Source of the DNA: a virus
Taxonomy: Duplodnaviria > Caudoviricetes
IMG/VR virus record: IMGVR_UViG_3300045410_000131
Location: 1-46,309 of that record
Length of the DNA: 46,309 nt
Reading direction: 5' to 3' (one strand)
Within the stretch, counting starts at the first letter, position 1. Each line of letters begins with the position of its first letter. The position numbers and the translations under genes were made by a program. Positions 37,102-45,645 of this stretch are shown one piece after another. The notes beneath the pieces were generated by a model, which saw only the letters and a program-made list of their open reading frames with translations, searched no databases and was not told the origin of the DNA.

Positions 37102-37640
37102 TCAAAGGTCCAGTCTGATTGCTCAGGCTCATCGAATACCCAGCCTTCTATAGGGGTCACCCCAGGGGCAGAAGAAACCCCAGGAACCCCGGGAACCTCA
37201 GGAACTTCAGGAACTTCAGGAATTTCCTCGGATGTACCGCCAAGGCTCCGGAAAAAACCCGCAAGCTGATAGAGGTCCGGGTTCGAGGTGACAGTGACGA
37301 TAGGCGGAAGCACTAACGGGTCAACCCCATCCGCATGGAGAGACTTAAGGGTCTCAGAAGCTCCCTCAATTTCCTCAGTCGGGATAGGGACAAGGGTCCT
37401 CTCGAGCCCCAACAAGTGCCGCCGGTCCTCATCGGTGTCATCTTCAAGAGGCGGTATGGTGAGGGCCAAAATCCCGTCCCCAAACAAAGACCTCAAATCC
37501 AGAGCCCCTAGCTGTTCCCCCAAATCCTCACTATAAAGACCCGCGAGTTGCCTCAAATCCCCATCAGTGCTGACCCCAAGCGGATAAAGCGCCAGCTCCG
37601 CGATGGCGTCTCCGTGAAGGGATTGCAGAGCGTCCGCCAT
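37098..37640 (-). CDS. Acidic virion-module protein with internal repeats
   Basis: LQSLHGD/LKSLHAD and DLRQLAG/DLYQLAG repeats; PEV repeats. Confidence 0.65.
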   Translation of the reverse strand: MADALQSLHGDAIAELALYPLGVSTDGDLRQLAGLYSEDLGEQLGALDLRSLFGDGILALTIPPLEDDTDEDRRHLLGLERTLVPIPTEEIEGASETLKSLHADGVDPLVLPPIVTVTSNPDLYQLAGFFRSLGGTSEEIPEVPEVPEVPGVPGVSSAPGVTPIEGWVFDEPEQSDWTFE

Positions 37641-37672
37641 CTATGTCCACTCCAGTGGCGCCTTTGGCGCCA

Positions 37673-38173
37673 CTATGTCCACTCCCCAAGGGTCAAAGAG
37701 TCTGCCCCAGTATCCGTCACAACTTGGCTCGCGAGAGCCCCTCCAATATCCGTCTTCAGGTTGATGTTAGAGAGATCCGTGTCGGCGGCATTCCGAGTAT
37801 GGACGAGAATCCACGCCATCGCATCCGCCACACTCGCCGTAACTGGAGGCGCCGCCGTGGGTTCTACGAGCACCTTGCTCCATATCTTACTCGCACCCCC
37901 AGGGATGATAGTCTCTGTCCCCTCTATGTCCTGGGCAAAGCTCGTGCCCTTGATGGCGTCAAGGTTGAGGGCACCAATATTACCAATTGCTGCAGCAGTA
38001 CCAATCGCCGACTGGGACATCCCAAACCCAGTATCGTCAAACACGCTCTCCGCATTGTCCGCCGCACTAACGGAGCCGCTAACGGCAACAATATCCACCT
38101 GTTGCCTAACGGCTCCGCCGGCATACCCCGTCCCGTTAAAGGCATCCCGAAGGTTGTCAATAACGCTCGCCAC
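37673..38173 (-). CDS. Fibre-like virion protein, paralogue of C-half of 38173..38982
   Basis: DNL..AF.GTGYAGG.V.QQVD...FDDTGF...LT.GEWT shared. Confidence 0.75.
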   Translation of the reverse strand: MASVIDNLRDAFNGTGYAGGAVRQQVDIVAVSGSVSAADNAESVFDDTGFGMSQSAIGTAAAIGNIGALNLDAIKGTSFAQDIEGTETIIPGGASKIWSKVLVEPTAAPPVTASVADAMAWILVHTRNAADTDLSNINLKTDIGGALASQVVTDTGADSLTLGEWT

Positions 38174-38982
38174 TAGGTCCACTCACCCCGAGTCAAGGTG
38201 CCACCAGCAAGCGTGATAGCGGCGGTAGCGATGTTTGCAGTATTCGCATCATTCCGGAGCGCCTGAGAGCTACTCGTAGTCTGCTTCTCATTCCGCATCT
38301 GAAGAAACACCCATCGAAGCGCATCGAGCACGCTTGCCGTGACCGTGGGCACTCCCGCAAGCTCCGTCATCGCCTTTGCCCAGATCTCATCCACAGCGCT
38401 AGCCGCGAGGGAGTCTCCCGTAATAACATTGGTCCCAATTGCCTGAACATTCTGCGCCTGCGCCACAGTCCCAATACTAGAGTTCGACATATTGAACCCT
38501 GTATCGTCGAATACCCGCTCTGCATTATCCGCCGCCACCGTATCACCGCTGATGGCAACCGCATCCACTTGCTGTTTAACGGTCCCTCCGGCATAGCCGG
38601 TTCCGTCAAAAGCGAGTTCTAGGTTATCCGCCGCTACGGTATCGCCACTAATCTGCACCACATCGACCCGGATGTCGCCCGGCTCTTCTGGGTACATAAA
38701 TATCGACGCGGTCTTAGCTCCGGCAGTGCCTGTCTTCACAATCACTACCACAGAGTCCGCGTCCATCTCCGTCGCGGTAAGGTCCAGGAAATACACCCCA
38801 CTCGACGCGGCAATTTCTGTCGCCTCGTTCGTGCAGTCAGCAAACGCTGCTCCGTCCTTCGAGACCTCGCTGTCCAGACTCGCCGCCGCAGTTACAAGGT
38901 CCCCATCAGCGTCTCGAATATCGAAATAAATCCTCTGAGCTACGGCCTTTTTAGGGACCGGTTTAGCGTCTGTCGCGGCCAT
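38173..38982 (-). CDS. Fibre-like virion protein with N-terminal module shared with 40672..42183
   Basis: LDSEVSKDG.AF.DCTNEA...LDLTATEMDAD; DTVAADN repeats. Confidence 0.78.
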   Translation of the reverse strand: MAATDAKPVPKKAVAQRIYFDIRDADGDLVTAAASLDSEVSKDGAAFADCTNEATEIAASSGVYFLDLTATEMDADSVVVIVKTGTAGAKTASIFMYPEEPGDIRVDVVQISGDTVAADNLELAFDGTGYAGGTVKQQVDAVAISGDTVAADNAERVFDDTGFNMSNSSIGTVAQAQNVQAIGTNVITGDSLAASAVDEIWAKAMTELAGVPTVTASVLDALRWVFLQMRNEKQTTSSSQALRNDANTANIATAAITLAGGTLTRGEWT

Positions 38983-38995
38983 TCTCTACACCTCA

Positions 38996-39030
38996 CAATG
39001 GTCAATTTTGAACGTTCATAACTAGCCAAT
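38996..39030 (-). promoter_or_regulatory. Operator-like box (copy 5)
   Basis: Minus strand TTATGAACGTTCAAAATTGACCATTG in the intergenic gap. Confidence 0.7.
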
Positions 39031-39044
39031 CTTAAACCACCTAA

Positions 39045-40313
39045 CTAGCCAATTCTAATACCACCTAGAACCCCCCCAAGCTTAAATACCCTCTCATTAT
39101 ACCGAGCATTTCCGCTTGACGCCGCTTCGGCAGCCCCTACCGCTAGCGCCCACTGCGTGCGCGCCGTGGCGTCTACGGTACTCCAGTTTATCGTGTACCC
39201 CGACGCATCTTGGCTCACGAAGTCCGCAGCCGACTCGAGTGTCGGTGGACTCGACGTCCCGCTGATATTGGCGATGCATCTTGCCTCACTCCTATTCCCA
39301 ACCGCGACGGCTGTTGTGGCAGCATCATCCTCATGCGTCGCGGCAGCGACCCGGGAAGTGGAACTAACCGCAACACCCGTATTCATATGAGCATCAACAC
39401 TAATCCCACTCGATGCCTTTCCCCACCCACCAAATAGCTCGAACTCCGGCAGGAACCCCGTAGTGAGGGCCTGGTTCCCCGTGGCCCCCGGCTGGGTAAT
39501 AGTCTGCAGATCGAATTGGGCCAGACCCCCAAGCACGATATATCCGATCGTCACATCCGTGGTAATGGTGGTCCGATTAACCGTAAACTGTGTGCTTGAG
39601 TCGAAACTGACGAAATCGAGTTCCGTGTGCACCGTGGCTCCGTCAAAATTGGGAACGCTCACGCACTTGTCGGTTTTAAAGGTTCCTCCAGTATCGGTGT
39701 CGGTAATCCCGTCATCACTTGAGAACCCTACCGCCCTCCGCAAGGTAGAGCTAAGCGCGACGCCCCAACCAAAGCGAGCGTCCGCAGTAGATGTCGGCGT
39801 GAGGGAGGCCGTTGTAACAAACAGAACAGCTTTGGTGCCGGCGACAGCTGCATGTGTGACGGCCAGGTTCCCGGTCACTGCTCCCGTATCGAACGTCCCA
39901 ACATCAACCTCGAGGTCTGCACCTCCCAACGCGAGGATTGCGAACTTAAATCCGGCACTCCCCGCAGCCGTAACCACATTCAGCACGACATTCGTCGAGT
40001 CCATCGACACGAGGTCCACGCTATAGTCGAAAGCGCCGGAGGTCTTGTCCTGCATATCCAGGACTCTTGTAGTCGTAAAGCGCCGAGCGCTGTCGGTAGC
40101 CGCACTCCCGTTGTGGTTCCCAAACGAGGCCGAGAACCTCTTGGTACTACTAATCCCGGCACCTATTTGGAGCTGGGCATAGGCCGTGTTGCCGTCCTCT
40201 TGAGCGCCGAATATGATAATGACCTTTGGCGTCTCTCCCAAACCGTGCGCAAAGTTCGCGTTCCCAGTAACCGTCGGAACCGTATGGAAGGTAAGAGATC
40301 TTGAAAGGCCCAT
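39045..40313 (-). CDS. Beta-rich Thr/Ala/Ser-rich virion protein with ~3 internal repeats
   Basis: Repeated G.A.SST.R...DFVS.D..FT.N units. Confidence 0.72.
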   Translation of the reverse strand: MGLSRSLTFHTVPTVTGNANFAHGLGETPKVIIIFGAQEDGNTAYAQLQIGAGISSTKRFSASFGNHNGSAATDSARRFTTTRVLDMQDKTSGAFDYSVDLVSMDSTNVVLNVVTAAGSAGFKFAILALGGADLEVDVGTFDTGAVTGNLAVTHAAVAGTKAVLFVTTASLTPTSTADARFGWGVALSSTLRRAVGFSSDDGITDTDTGGTFKTDKCVSVPNFDGATVHTELDFVSFDSSTQFTVNRTTITTDVTIGYIVLGGLAQFDLQTITQPGATGNQALTTGFLPEFELFGGWGKASSGISVDAHMNTGVAVSSTSRVAAATHEDDAATTAVAVGNRSEARCIANISGTSSPPTLESAADFVSQDASGYTINWSTVDATARTQWALAVGAAEAASSGNARYNERVFKLGGVLGGIRIG

Positions 40314-40658
40314 TTACAAATCCTCCTGCCTCTGAACAACCATGAGCCGTTTGAGGACCTGCGCCAGCTGCCGCACACTTGCATCCGTCGCGGCCGAAAT
40401 AACGGTGTCCAGCCGGTCCCGCAGGTCAATCTCATCTGCCGAAAAGGGAATCCGGCGCGCAGTAAGAATCTCCCCAGCCGTTGCGGCCCGGGTTGTGCCG
40501 TCTACCTCCAGCACAAGTCTTTCCCCCGCCGCTCCTAATACGTTTGTCCCGTCAGGGACGAGTTCCTTCAACTCACGTGAATCGGGAACCCGCTCCTCCT
40601 CCGTAGTCATCTGCTTCATGACCCGAGTCCCACTATGCAATATTGCCCATGTTGGCAC
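40314..40658 (-). CDS. Hypothetical protein (possible fibre chaperone)
   Basis: 114 aa between fibre-like genes. Confidence 0.6.
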   Translation of the reverse strand: MPTWAILHSGTRVMKQMTTEEERVPDSRELKELVPDGTNVLGAAGERLVLEVDGTTRAATAGEILTARRIPFSADEIDLRDRLDTVISAATDASVRQLAQVLKRLMVVQRQEDL

Positions 40659-40671
40659 TTTTCACCTCCAC

Positions 40672-42183
40672 CTAAGCACTAAAACCAAGAAACTGCTGTA
40701 CCGCCTGCCACCAGGGCCGATTGACGAAGTTACTCCACGGCCCCTCCATCCAAATCACCACACCAGCAACTCCGAAGTTCTTATTCGTAGTACTGGAGAG
40801 GTTGTTTAAAAAACTAAGAAAATCTGCCTGCGAGATGTTATCGAACGCTATGTCGTTACCACTCCCATCTCGAGCCCCGAATCCGTATCGGGGGTTCAAG
40901 TAAAGGAGAATGGTCCTTCCTGCCCGCCCAATCGTGTTAATCATATCGACGAGACCATTACAATAATTATTATGCGTCGTTACGTTGTTTGTTCTCGCAT
41001 AACAATTGGGCCTGAAGAAATCCACAAGGTTATAGACCGGCTGATAGAACTGATTATTGGAGAGCCAAGTCTGGTAACTCGCCGTCGTCTTGTAGTTGGG
41101 CTGATTGGGGACCGAGAAATGAACCTGCGTCGGCAGAGTCGCATAGTAGCCTATCTGCGCATCGGGCTGTGCCTGCTTAGCCCAGTTCATCACGTTCACC
41201 CGATGGGTCCTCCGGGTTGTGTTCTGCGTATTCGTAGGCCAGCACTCAACATCCAACTCGATTTTTCCAGGAAACCCAGCACCGTAAAAATTAACCAATC
41301 CATTCTGGACCGCCGACTGACTCGGAACCGTGTCTTGGTTACAACCTTGAAGCCCCAGCGTTGCCTGGTACACCATATCGATGAGGTCCTTGGGGGTTCC
41401 TGTCCTGGCAAACCCGTAAAGGTCCGGATGCAACGAGTCAAAGTTTGGAATTCCTGCCCTATTTGCCACATTAATATAAACCCGAAAGCTTGTACTAATC
41501 GCCTGGACGGTAAAGCTTACACTCTTCGAGACCAAGATGACGCCCGTTGCATTCTGCCCAGACCACCCATCCACGTTGACCGAGCGCGCCCCAATCGGAT
41601 TCGGCCAAGAAGTCGCATGTGACCTAAACGGAGGCGTGTTATCGATTCGAACATCCAGGTTGCCGTCAATGTCCCACTGGGTGCTGGACACAGGTCCAGT
41701 CGCTCTCGCCTCGAGAACAACATTCTGCCCACTCTGAAGCACATAAGTTTCGCCCCCATTGACGGTAAGCAGGTCCGCGTTCGTGTTGGCGTCAACGAGA
41801 ACAAAGCTCAAAGTCGCCGTTGGCGGCGGCGGTGTAACCACCAGGGGGCTCCCACTAACCTGCACGACATTCGCGCGAATGTCGCCCACTTCCAGCGGAT
41901 AGATAGTGGCACTCGTCGTCTTCGCGTTCACGGTAGAGGTCTTTATAATCACCGCTACCGCATCGGCATCCATCTCCGTCGCGGTCAGATCCAGGTGATA
42001 GACGCCTTGCTCGACCTCAACCGCCTCGTTAGTGCAATCTACAAAGGCCCCTCCATCCTTTGAGATTTCACTATCGAGGTCTGCCGCGCCGGCAACAAGC
42101 GCATTCAGGTCGTCCCGAATACCAAAGGACAGCCGATAGGCCGCCCCCCGAGTAGCGAATAACTTAGCATCACTCGCGGGCAA
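40672..42183 (-). CDS. Modular virion protein: shared N-terminal anchor + Ig-like domain + GH56-like hydrolase domain
   Basis: N-terminus homologous to 38173..38982; C-terminus (LDVECW, IGYY, LNPRY, GVAGVVIW, PWW) homologous to 16506..17420. Confidence 0.78.
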   Translation of the reverse strand: MPASDAKLFATRGAAYRLSFGIRDDLNALVAGAADLDSEISKDGGAFVDCTNEAVEVEQGVYHLDLTATEMDADAVAVIIKTSTVNAKTTSATIYPLEVGDIRANVVQVSGSPLVVTPPPPTATLSFVLVDANTNADLLTVNGGETYVLQSGQNVVLEARATGPVSSTQWDIDGNLDVRIDNTPPFRSHATSWPNPIGARSVNVDGWSGQNATGVILVSKSVSFTVQAISTSFRVYINVANRAGIPNFDSLHPDLYGFARTGTPKDLIDMVYQATLGLQGCNQDTVPSQSAVQNGLVNFYGAGFPGKIELDVECWPTNTQNTTRRTHRVNVMNWAKQAQPDAQIGYYATLPTQVHFSVPNQPNYKTTASYQTWLSNNQFYQPVYNLVDFFRPNCYARTNNVTTHNNYCNGLVDMINTIGRAGRTILLYLNPRYGFGARDGSGNDIAFDNISQADFLSFLNNLSSTTNKNFGVAGVVIWMEGPWSNFVNRPWWQAVQQFLGFSA

Positions 42184-42349
42184 GACCGCTTCGCGACCTT
42201 AGGTCGCTTCCTCCAGCGTCGTCCTCCTCGGCCTCCTCTTCCTCTTCCCGCCAACACTCTGGACACACGGGCCAAATGCTCTGCACCTGTTTCATGGGAA
42301 CACTCCCGTCCAGAATGTCCCCGCAGAGTTCACAGGCCCAGGTGCTCAC
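42170..42349 (-). CDS. 59-aa Zn-ribbon protein with acidic tail (below ORF-track cutoff)
   Basis: WACELCG...VCPECWREEEEE; GTGA overlap with upstream gene. Confidence 0.55.
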   Translation of the reverse strand: MSTWACELCGDILDGSVPMKQVQSIWPVCPECWREEEEEAEEDDAGGSDLRSRSGLARE

Positions 42350-42537
42350 AGCGCCTTCGGCGCTTTGCGACTTCGCGCCGCTCTCGGAGCCGCTTTCGGA
42401 GCCGCTTTCGGAGCCTTCTTCACCTTCGCGAAGTCCTTAAGTTGCTCCTCACTCATCCCGGTCTGCGTCTTCTTCCCCTCGCGCTTACGCGCAAGCTCCG
42501 CCCCCATAAACCGCCGCTGCTTTTCGGTACTTGGCAT
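42346..42537 (-). CDS. Small basic protein, DUF3008-like, with KAAP repeats
   Basis: MPSTEKQRRFMGAELARKREG...MSEEQLKDFAK. Confidence 0.65.
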   Translation of the reverse strand: MPSTEKQRRFMGAELARKREGKKTQTGMSEEQLKDFAKVKKAPKAAPKAAPRAARSRKAPKAL

Positions 42538-42538
42538 C

Positions 42539-42802
42539 TTAGTCATCCTCCTCACTCATCTGTTCGAACTGATTCGGTCCGATTACTTCAACACTCTCCA
42601 TTACAAGCCCTAGCCGAGGGGCCATATCGAAGTTCCGATCCGGGCCTGGGTTCCTGTCGCCCGCACTAAGGGAGTCCACCTTCCCCTTTATCTTGACCAA
42701 AACATGGTCCCCTATCGTTAGTTCCTTGACTTGTTTCTCCCCCACATCAATGTGGATATGCTTCTCTGCTAACTTAACACCTATCATTGCACCTGCCTTC
42801 AT
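42539..42802 (-). CDS. Small beta-rich virion-module protein
   Basis: ATG 42802, 87 aa. Confidence 0.55.
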   Translation of the reverse strand: MKAGAMIGVKLAEKHIHIDVGEKQVKELTIGDHVLVKIKGKVDSLSAGDRNPGPDRNFDMAPRLGLVMESVEVIGPNQFEQMSEEDD

Positions 42803-42803
42803 C

Positions 42804-42965
42804 TCATAACCCCCAAAACCAAACGGAGAAGGGAAGGTCCCTACTCGTGTAGGCGAACATCGCCAGATCGACCACATAAAGAAAAAGCAGCACGAATGCT
42901 GCCAACCCAACCGCCTGGACAATCACCGTCGCACAATGGCGGCAGAGAGTAGTATCACCCATCAT
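42804..42965 (-). CDS. Small membrane protein (lysis accessory?)
   Basis: One TM segment; ATGA overlap with holin. Confidence 0.5.
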   Translation of the reverse strand: MMGDTTLCRHCATVIVQAVGLAAFVLLFLYVVDLAMFAYTSRDLPFSVWFWGL

Positions 42966-43186
42966 TTCCTTACCCCCGTCACCTTGAGATCTCCAATCCG
43001 CCACCTCCCGTACCAGGATAACCCGCCGCCCACGGCTGTCACCAGCCAAGGGCCTAGAACCGTCCACAACTCCTGGGCACAAACCTCACTCACTCCCATC
43101 TGGGTAAGAAAGAGCACAACACCGGACCCGACAATGGACAGAAGAATACCTGACTGAACTAGGGAATATCTCTTAAACACTAACAT
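42962..43186 (-). CDS. Probable holin
   Basis: AAGGAGG RBS, two TM segments, WYGRWR basic C-terminus. Confidence 0.65.
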   Translation of the reverse strand: MLVFKRYSLVQSGILLSIVGSGVVLFLTQMGVSEVCAQELWTVLGPWLVTAVGGGLSWYGRWRIGDLKVTGVRK

Positions 43187-43646
43187 AACCTCCTTCTTCA
43201 TACCACTTAAACACGACAGAGAGAACGGCGTCGTTCACCGAATGAGCAATGACGAGCCCCTCCCCCGGCGGAATATACCAAGGCATGCCGAGGTCTAAGA
43301 CACTCGTCGGAGCCCGGAACGCGGTCCCTATAAGGGTTCCTGCCGGAGACGCCAAAGACTCACTCCTCACTTCCCCCACGCTATCTGACTTGCCAAGATA
43401 GGTGCTCTTCCCGTTCCCAACAAGCGTCGCAAGAGCCGTCCCGTTTTGCTTCACCTGGATATCGGCCCCAGTCGAGAGAGAAACCAACACCGCGACGCAA
43501 ACGATAAGAATTCCACTCCCGGCCGGATTTAGCAACTGCACATTCGCCTTCTCAACAAGGGAAGCATCCAGTCCGACCGGACCTACAAAGACCTTCCCAG
43601 TGAGTCCGAGTTCCTGCACCACATTGGGGCCAGTCCTACCGGCCAC
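43173..43646 (-). CDS. Beta-rich hypothetical virion protein
   Basis: LLNPAGSG...IPPGEGL pattern; start reassigned to GTG 43646. Confidence 0.6.
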   Translation of the reverse strand: MAGRTGPNVVQELGLTGKVFVGPVGLDASLVEKANVQLLNPAGSGILIVCVAVLVSLSTGADIQVKQNGTALATLVGNGKSTYLGKSDSVGEVRSESLASPAGTLIGTAFRAPTSVLDLGMPWYIPPGEGLVIAHSVNDAVLSVVFKWYEEGGYVSV

Positions 43647-43938
43647 CTTTCGCCTTCTCCACCTGCAACCGTTCCCTCGCAATCGCCTCTCCAATAGCTT
43701 GGTAAATCTGCCTCTCCATATTGCTGTTTATCTTCTTTTCCAGGCCATCAATACTCTCCACCTGCATACCGGCCACTTGCTCGATTTTCGCCACCTGCGC
43801 CTTCTCTGCAGTCTGGATACGGTTATTAAGCCAGGCGACACCCAGAGCCTGACACGCGCCGATGACCGCGATGAGCACATACACGGACCCATCAACACGT
43901 TGTACTGGACTTGGACTCATACTTGAACTTGTATTCAT
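43636..43938 (-). CDS. Membrane-anchored coiled-coil protein (lysis-related?)
   Basis: TM segment then helical tail. Confidence 0.55.
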   Translation of the reverse strand: MNTSSSMSPSPVQRVDGSVYVLIAVIGACQALGVAWLNNRIQTAEKAQVAKIEQVAGMQVESIDGLEKKINSNMERQIYQAIGEAIARERLQVEKAKGGR

Positions 43939-43948
43939 GTTTCCGCCT

Positions 43949-43989
43949 AAAAAGGGCCGGAGAGGAAGGACACATTAACCTCTCCGGTC
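43949..43989 (-). terminator. Putative intrinsic terminator after capsid genes
   Basis: CCGGAGAGG...CCTCTCCGG stem then CCCTTTTT on minus strand. Confidence 0.55.
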
Positions 43990-44006
43990 GACTACCCAAC
44001 CCAACC

Positions 44007-44351
44007 CTAGGTCTCGGTCCAAACACCTCCATGCCACGTGACTCCGTCACAATAGACGATTCCGCCCTCATCCACATCAATAACAATCACAGTCGCGGCC
44101 GCATCATCCCTGACCGTGATAAGCTCTGTGGCCGCTCCCGTATTCTTGATAATGAACACCAGACCCTTACTGTCCGCTTCCGCGGGCAGGTCCAGGTTCC
44201 GAGCCGCCCCCGGATCGAGGATCTGCATCGTAGGACTATCCTTCGTGAGCACAACGGTCCCAGCCATAGCCCTTATTTGAGGCCGCAGCCGGAACTGGCT
44301 CTGGTGGACATTTTCCATTTGTCCACCGAACGCTGCTACTTGACCAACCAT
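44007..44351 (-). CDS. Probable capsid decoration protein
   Basis: Follows MCP; LDPG.A.R...LPAE...G..F.I.N...DGVTW beta-rich pattern. Confidence 0.6.
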   Translation of the reverse strand: MVGQVAAFGGQMENVHQSQFRLRPQIRAMAGTVVLTKDSPTMQILDPGAARNLDLPAEADSKGLVFIIKNTGAATELITVRDDAAATVIVIDVDEGGIVYCDGVTWHGGVWTET

Positions 44352-44382
44352 CTTGAAAATACCTCTCTTAAAATGGCACTAC

Positions 44383-45618
44383 CTAAGTCGCCGAGATGTT
44401 GCCAAGGTACCCGTTCGTGAGGCCACCATAGAACACCTCCAGGCCACCGTTCGTGTACCAATATCCCCGCTTGACCTTCTCACCCTTCTGCTGGATATTG
44501 TCTTCAAAATGCGTATCCAGCCCAGGAAGATGTCGCCACCTGAGGCTTGCAAAGTCCACGATAAACATACTCGCGGAAAACTTCGCGTTCCGGTTAAGGA
44601 GCGGATGCCGTCGCAGAAGGATTCTACCTTGAGGGAGGATCAATTCCCGCAGCTGCAACCCGTACACGGTAATAGTCCGGCCCAGCTCCATCCGTGCATT
44701 AGTACTGTTCTGAACCATCTTATTAAGCTCGTTCGCAGCGACATTTCCAATGAACCCTATCCGGTCGTCTCCAGCCGGTGTCTCGAAGTCGAACACCTTA
44801 TAAACGGCGTCGAGGAAGGAAGAGATTGTCACCGCAGCAGAGAAGATAGTGACCCGACTCGTGGGGATTTGCGCACGCAGCCCAGCCGAGTAACGCAACG
44901 GTTTCCCGTTCTCCCCAGTCGTCTCGGCCTTACGGCCAAAGAGGAGATTGTACTCCAGCCCCCTCGCATGGTCCCACATCTTCCGGTCCTTGTCGTTCCG
45001 AATCGGGTCTCCCGTGCGGAACTTCGTAACAGAGGCCTCCACCGTCACCTCATACGCATCCATATGAATCTGGGTGAAGTTGGAGTACTTAATCGGATTC
45101 CGTGTCACCGCTTTGGGCGCTGTAAAGCCTTCCGGATATGCGCTCCCAGACAAGAGCAAAAAGTCATTATCCGAAATCGCCGCAGCCGTAGTCCCGGCCG
45201 CACCTCTCTTCACGGTGAACTCCGTATCGGAGATGACGGTTTCGACCTGCAGATGCTCATTGTCATAAGCAGCTGTTTCCGTCGCTTTCTCCCTCACAAG
45301 GATATCGCCCCGCTTCAAGTGCAAGGCCCCACCCCAGTTCCTATCCGCGTTGGTCGCGTCTGGGTCAGCGCTATCCACCACCACCGTGGTATCGGTTGCA
45401 CCGAGAGCCCCATTCACCTGGAGCCGGACAATATCAACCGGCTCGTCCCACCACGAAAACTCACTATCGCTGACCCTCTCCTTCCGTGCCCTCGCCATGA
45501 GAGCGGTCATCGGCGCGTTCCCTGTCGCCTTTCTCCACATTATCATTTCACGGAAAGATTTAGGACGCTCGTCCGTCCCAAAATCCCCCGTACCTCTCAA
45601 TCCAGCTACAGCAGGCAT
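44383..45618 (-). CDS. Major capsid protein (SU10/DUF5309-like)
   Basis: 411 aa after scaffold; GLRGTGDFGTDERPK, NFTQI, LLFG motifs; GAGGT RBS. Confidence 0.88.
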   Translation of the reverse strand: MPAVAGLRGTGDFGTDERPKSFREMIMWRKATGNAPMTALMARARKERVSDSEFSWWDEPVDIVRLQVNGALGATDTTVVVDSADPDATNADRNWGGALHLKRGDILVREKATETAAYDNEHLQVETVISDTEFTVKRGAAGTTAAAISDNDFLLLSGSAYPEGFTAPKAVTRNPIKYSNFTQIHMDAYEVTVEASVTKFRTGDPIRNDKDRKMWDHARGLEYNLLFGRKAETTGENGKPLRYSAGLRAQIPTSRVTIFSAAVTISSFLDAVYKVFDFETPAGDDRIGFIGNVAANELNKMVQNSTNARMELGRTITVYGLQLRELILPQGRILLRRHPLLNRNAKFSASMFIVDFASLRWRHLPGLDTHFEDNIQQKGEKVKRGYWYTNGGLEVFYGGLTNGYLGNISAT

Positions 45619-45645
45619 TTGAATGTTACCTCATAAAGGGCATCC

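Noticed and set aside
37673-42183. Diversity-generating retroelement template/variable repeats
   Set aside because: No reverse transcriptase seen and paralogue differences are not adenine-specific
44353-45636. 427-aa + strand ORF
   Set aside because: Antisense shadow of the major capsid gene, typical of GC-rich coding DNA
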